64,000 nucleotides of DNA from an uncultured Verrucomicrobiae bacterium (GTDB lineage Bacteria; Verrucomicrobiota; Verrucomicrobiia; Chthoniobacterales; UBA10450): positions 864,001 to 928,000 of the forward strand of contig CAWDGJ010000003.1 in the NCBI GenBank assembly GCA_963801815.1, read 5' to 3'. The position numbers and the translations under genes were made by a program. This document shows positions 62,295 to 64,000 of the stretch, piece after piece. The notes beneath the pieces were generated by a model. It was not told the DNA's origin and searched no databases. It saw nothing but the letters and a program-made list of their open reading frames with translations. Positions within the stretch are counted from its first letter, which is position 1; the number at the start of each line of letters is the position of its first letter.

Positions 62295-62324
62295 GGAAAA
62301 TTCAAAACCCAGCTAATAAGAAAA

Positions 62325-62687
62325 ATGGAAAAGCCCCCCAGGCGTGATCTTGAAGATCGAACATTTCAATTTGCCCAGGCGATCCGGACATTTGTGAAGA
62401 CATTACCGCGCAGCATCAGTAACACGGAAGACGTTCGCCAGTTAGTTCGCGCGTCCGGTTCGGTTGCGGCAAACTGGATCGAGGCTGATGAAGCGCTGAG
62501 TAAGAAAGATTTTTTAATGCGAATGAAGATTTGCCGCAAAGAAGCGAAAGAGAGCCGCCTGTTTCTGCGACTAATTGATGCGGGGGCGCTGAACGACACC
62601 TTGATACATCGTGACACGCTGGCGATGGAAGCCCGGGAGTTGACGTTAATTTTTTCTGCGATTCTTTCCAAGGCTCGTCGAACGTGA
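62325..62687 (+). CDS. Four helix bundle protein (23S rRNA-IVP / TIGR02436-like)
   Basis: DLEDRTFQFA..RQLVRASGSVAANWIEADEALSKKDFLMRMKICRKEAKESRLFLRL. Confidence 0.9.
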   Translation: MEKPPRRDLEDRTFQFAQAIRTFVKTLPRSISNTEDVRQLVRASGSVAANWIEADEALSKKDFLMRMKICRKEAKESRLFLRLIDAGALNDTLIHRDTLAMEARELTLIFSAILSKARRT

Positions 62688-62726
62688 TTTCCCATTTTTT
62701 GAGTTTTGTCGGTTTGGATTCCTGCC

Positions 62727-62755
62727 TGGGATTTGGAGCCTGGGATTTGGGATTT
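62727..62755. repeat. Right heptamer arm (GGGATTT)
   Basis: TGGGATTTGGAGCCTGGGATTTGGGATTT. Confidence 0.93.
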
Positions 62756-62781
62756 CTTCTTTCCCATTCAAAAAAAGCAAT

Positions 62782-63144
62782 ATGAAGATTAACAACATTG
62801 CCTTTGTAGGAATTCCCGTCACCGACATCAAACGTGCTCGGGCCTTTTACGAAGGCGTGCTTGGTCTCAAAGTTTCAGGCGAGTTCGCAGAAGGTGTCTG
62901 GGTCGAATACGAGATCGGCGACGGCACCCTCGCAATCGGAAGCGTGGGTGAACAATGGAAACCATCGCCGGACGGAACGAGCGTCGCGCTTGAAGTCGAT
63001 GATTTCGAGGGCGCGATCAAAGGTTTGAAGGCTGCCAACGTTTCATTTGACACCGAGAACGTTGAGAGCCCGGTTTGTCGTATGGCTGTTATCCAGGATC
63101 CTGACGGAAATAAAATCATCATCCACAAACTAAAACCAAAATGA
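62782..63144 (+). CDS. VOC / glyoxalase family protein
   Basis: IPVTDIKRARAFYEGVLG, VALEVDD, IQDPDGNKI. Confidence 0.9.
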   Translation: MKINNIAFVGIPVTDIKRARAFYEGVLGLKVSGEFAEGVWVEYEIGDGTLAIGSVGEQWKPSPDGTSVALEVDDFEGAIKGLKAANVSFDTENVESPVCRMAVIQDPDGNKIIIHKLKPK

Positions 63145-63500
63145 TCACAAACGAAGTTGCATTCATCGCCATTGCCGTTTCCGACAAGGAACGCGCGCGA
63201 AAGTTTTATCAGGAAACGCTCGAGCTGAAGCCGGCTACAACTGGAATGGACGGCGCGTGGGTCGAGTATGAATTGGGCCAAACGACAATCGGAGTCGGTT
63301 GTCACCCGGCCTGGAAACCTTCGCGCGATGGAACAACCGTCGCCTTTGAAACCCAGAATATCGATGACGCGATCCAGAAACTGAAATCGCGGGGCGTTTC
63401 ATTCGACATGGAGAAAACCGAAACGCCGGTTTGCTGGATGGCGCAGTTCCGCGATCCGGACGGCAATAAACTCGTCCTCCATCAAAGAAAGAAGAAATGA
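63141..63500 (+). CDS. VOC / glyoxalase family protein (tandem paralog)
   Basis: [39 protein letters not shown]. Confidence 0.9.
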   Translation: MITNEVAFIAIAVSDKERARKFYQETLELKPATTGMDGAWVEYELGQTTIGVGCHPAWKPSRDGTTVAFETQNIDDAIQKLKSRGVSFDMEKTETPVCWMAQFRDPDGNKLVLHQRKKK

Positions 63501-63502
63501 AT

Positions 63503-63580
63503 CTGGAAACCAGGAACCCAGGAGGAATGAATTAGGAAAGCAGGGAATTCTTTCCGCAATCCGCACTCAACGATCCGCAA
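63503..63580. repeat. Adjacent octamer (CAGGAAnn) and heptamer (TCCGCAA) tandem arms before sucD
   Basis: CTGGAAAC CAGGAACC CAGGAGGA..TAGGAAAG CAGGGA; TCCGCAA TCCGCAC TCAACGA TCCGCAA. Confidence 0.75.
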
Positions 63581-63588
63581 TTCTTAGT

Positions 63589-64000
63589 ATGTCTGTATTA
63601 GTCGATAAGAACACCCGGCTGCTGGTTCAAGGAATCACCGGCAGCGCTGGTGCGTTTCACACGCGCCAATGCATTGAGTACGGCACAAACGTCGTCGCCG
63701 GAGTCACGCCGGGCAAAGGCGGCCAGATGTTCGACGAGAAGGTTCCAGTGTTCGATACCGTCTGGGAAGCGAAACAGAAAACGAGTTGCAACGTCTCGAT
63801 GATTTTTGTGCCGGCAGCGTTCGCGGCCGATTCAATTCTCGAAGGCGTCAACGCCGATCTCGATCTTGTCGTCTGCATCACCGAAGGAATTCCGGTGATG
63901 GACATGATGCGCGTTAAAGCGATGATGCGCGGCAAGCGCACCCGACTCATCGGGCCGAATTGTCCGGGAATCATCACTCCTGGCGCGTGCAAAATCGGCA
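63589..64000 (+). CDS. sucD: Succinyl-CoA synthetase alpha subunit (runs off the window)
   Basis: Manual translation [57 protein letters not shown]. Not in the ORF track. Confidence 0.96.
   Translation, partial: MSVLVDKNTRLLVQGITGSAGAFHTRQCIEYGTNVVAGVTPGKGGQMFDEKVPVFDTVWEAKQKTSCNVSMIFVPAAFAADSILEGVNADLDLVVCITEGIPVMDMMRVKAMMRGKRTRLIGPNCPGIITPGACKIG

Overview
64-kb stretch of a bacterial core chromosome. Gene content and protein style suggest Verrucomicrobiota (Chthoniobacterales/Spartobacteria-like); this is an inference, not a database result. It carries nuoB (partial), cysD-cysNC, a hybrid histidine kinase, truA, ruvX, manC, leucine-catabolism-type carboxyltransferase/hydratase genes, obgE, the atpBEFHAGDC operon, lpxI, tRNA-Ala(GGC), a sulfite oxidase plus persulfide dioxygenase-rhodanese pair, a pilin, an Sdh1-like succinate dehydrogenase, pdxJ-acpS, gltD, metG, trmD, a ketosynthase/SRPBCC pair, clpB, cell-envelope genes and sucC/sucD. 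Several essential genes have single-base frameshifts that are most likely assembly errors. No CRISPR, integrase, transposase or rRNA was seen. The most striking signal is two four-helix-bundle (IVP/TIGR02436-like) genes. Each is bracketed by perfect inverted repeats built from 7-bp tandem units and wedged between the two subunit genes of a heterodimeric enzyme (cysD|cysNC, sucC|sucD). Many ORF-less or single-arm periodic repeats (7-10 bp period) and REP-like palindromes are scattered through the window, several translated in frame inside conserved proteins (CysN, ObgE, TrmD, ClpB, Lnt, SucC). A second highlight is a set of small secreted Cys-rich peptides missing from the ORF track (31922-32050, 34042-34203), with a possible arrest-peptide leader and a His-rich permease, suggesting a metal-homeostasis module.
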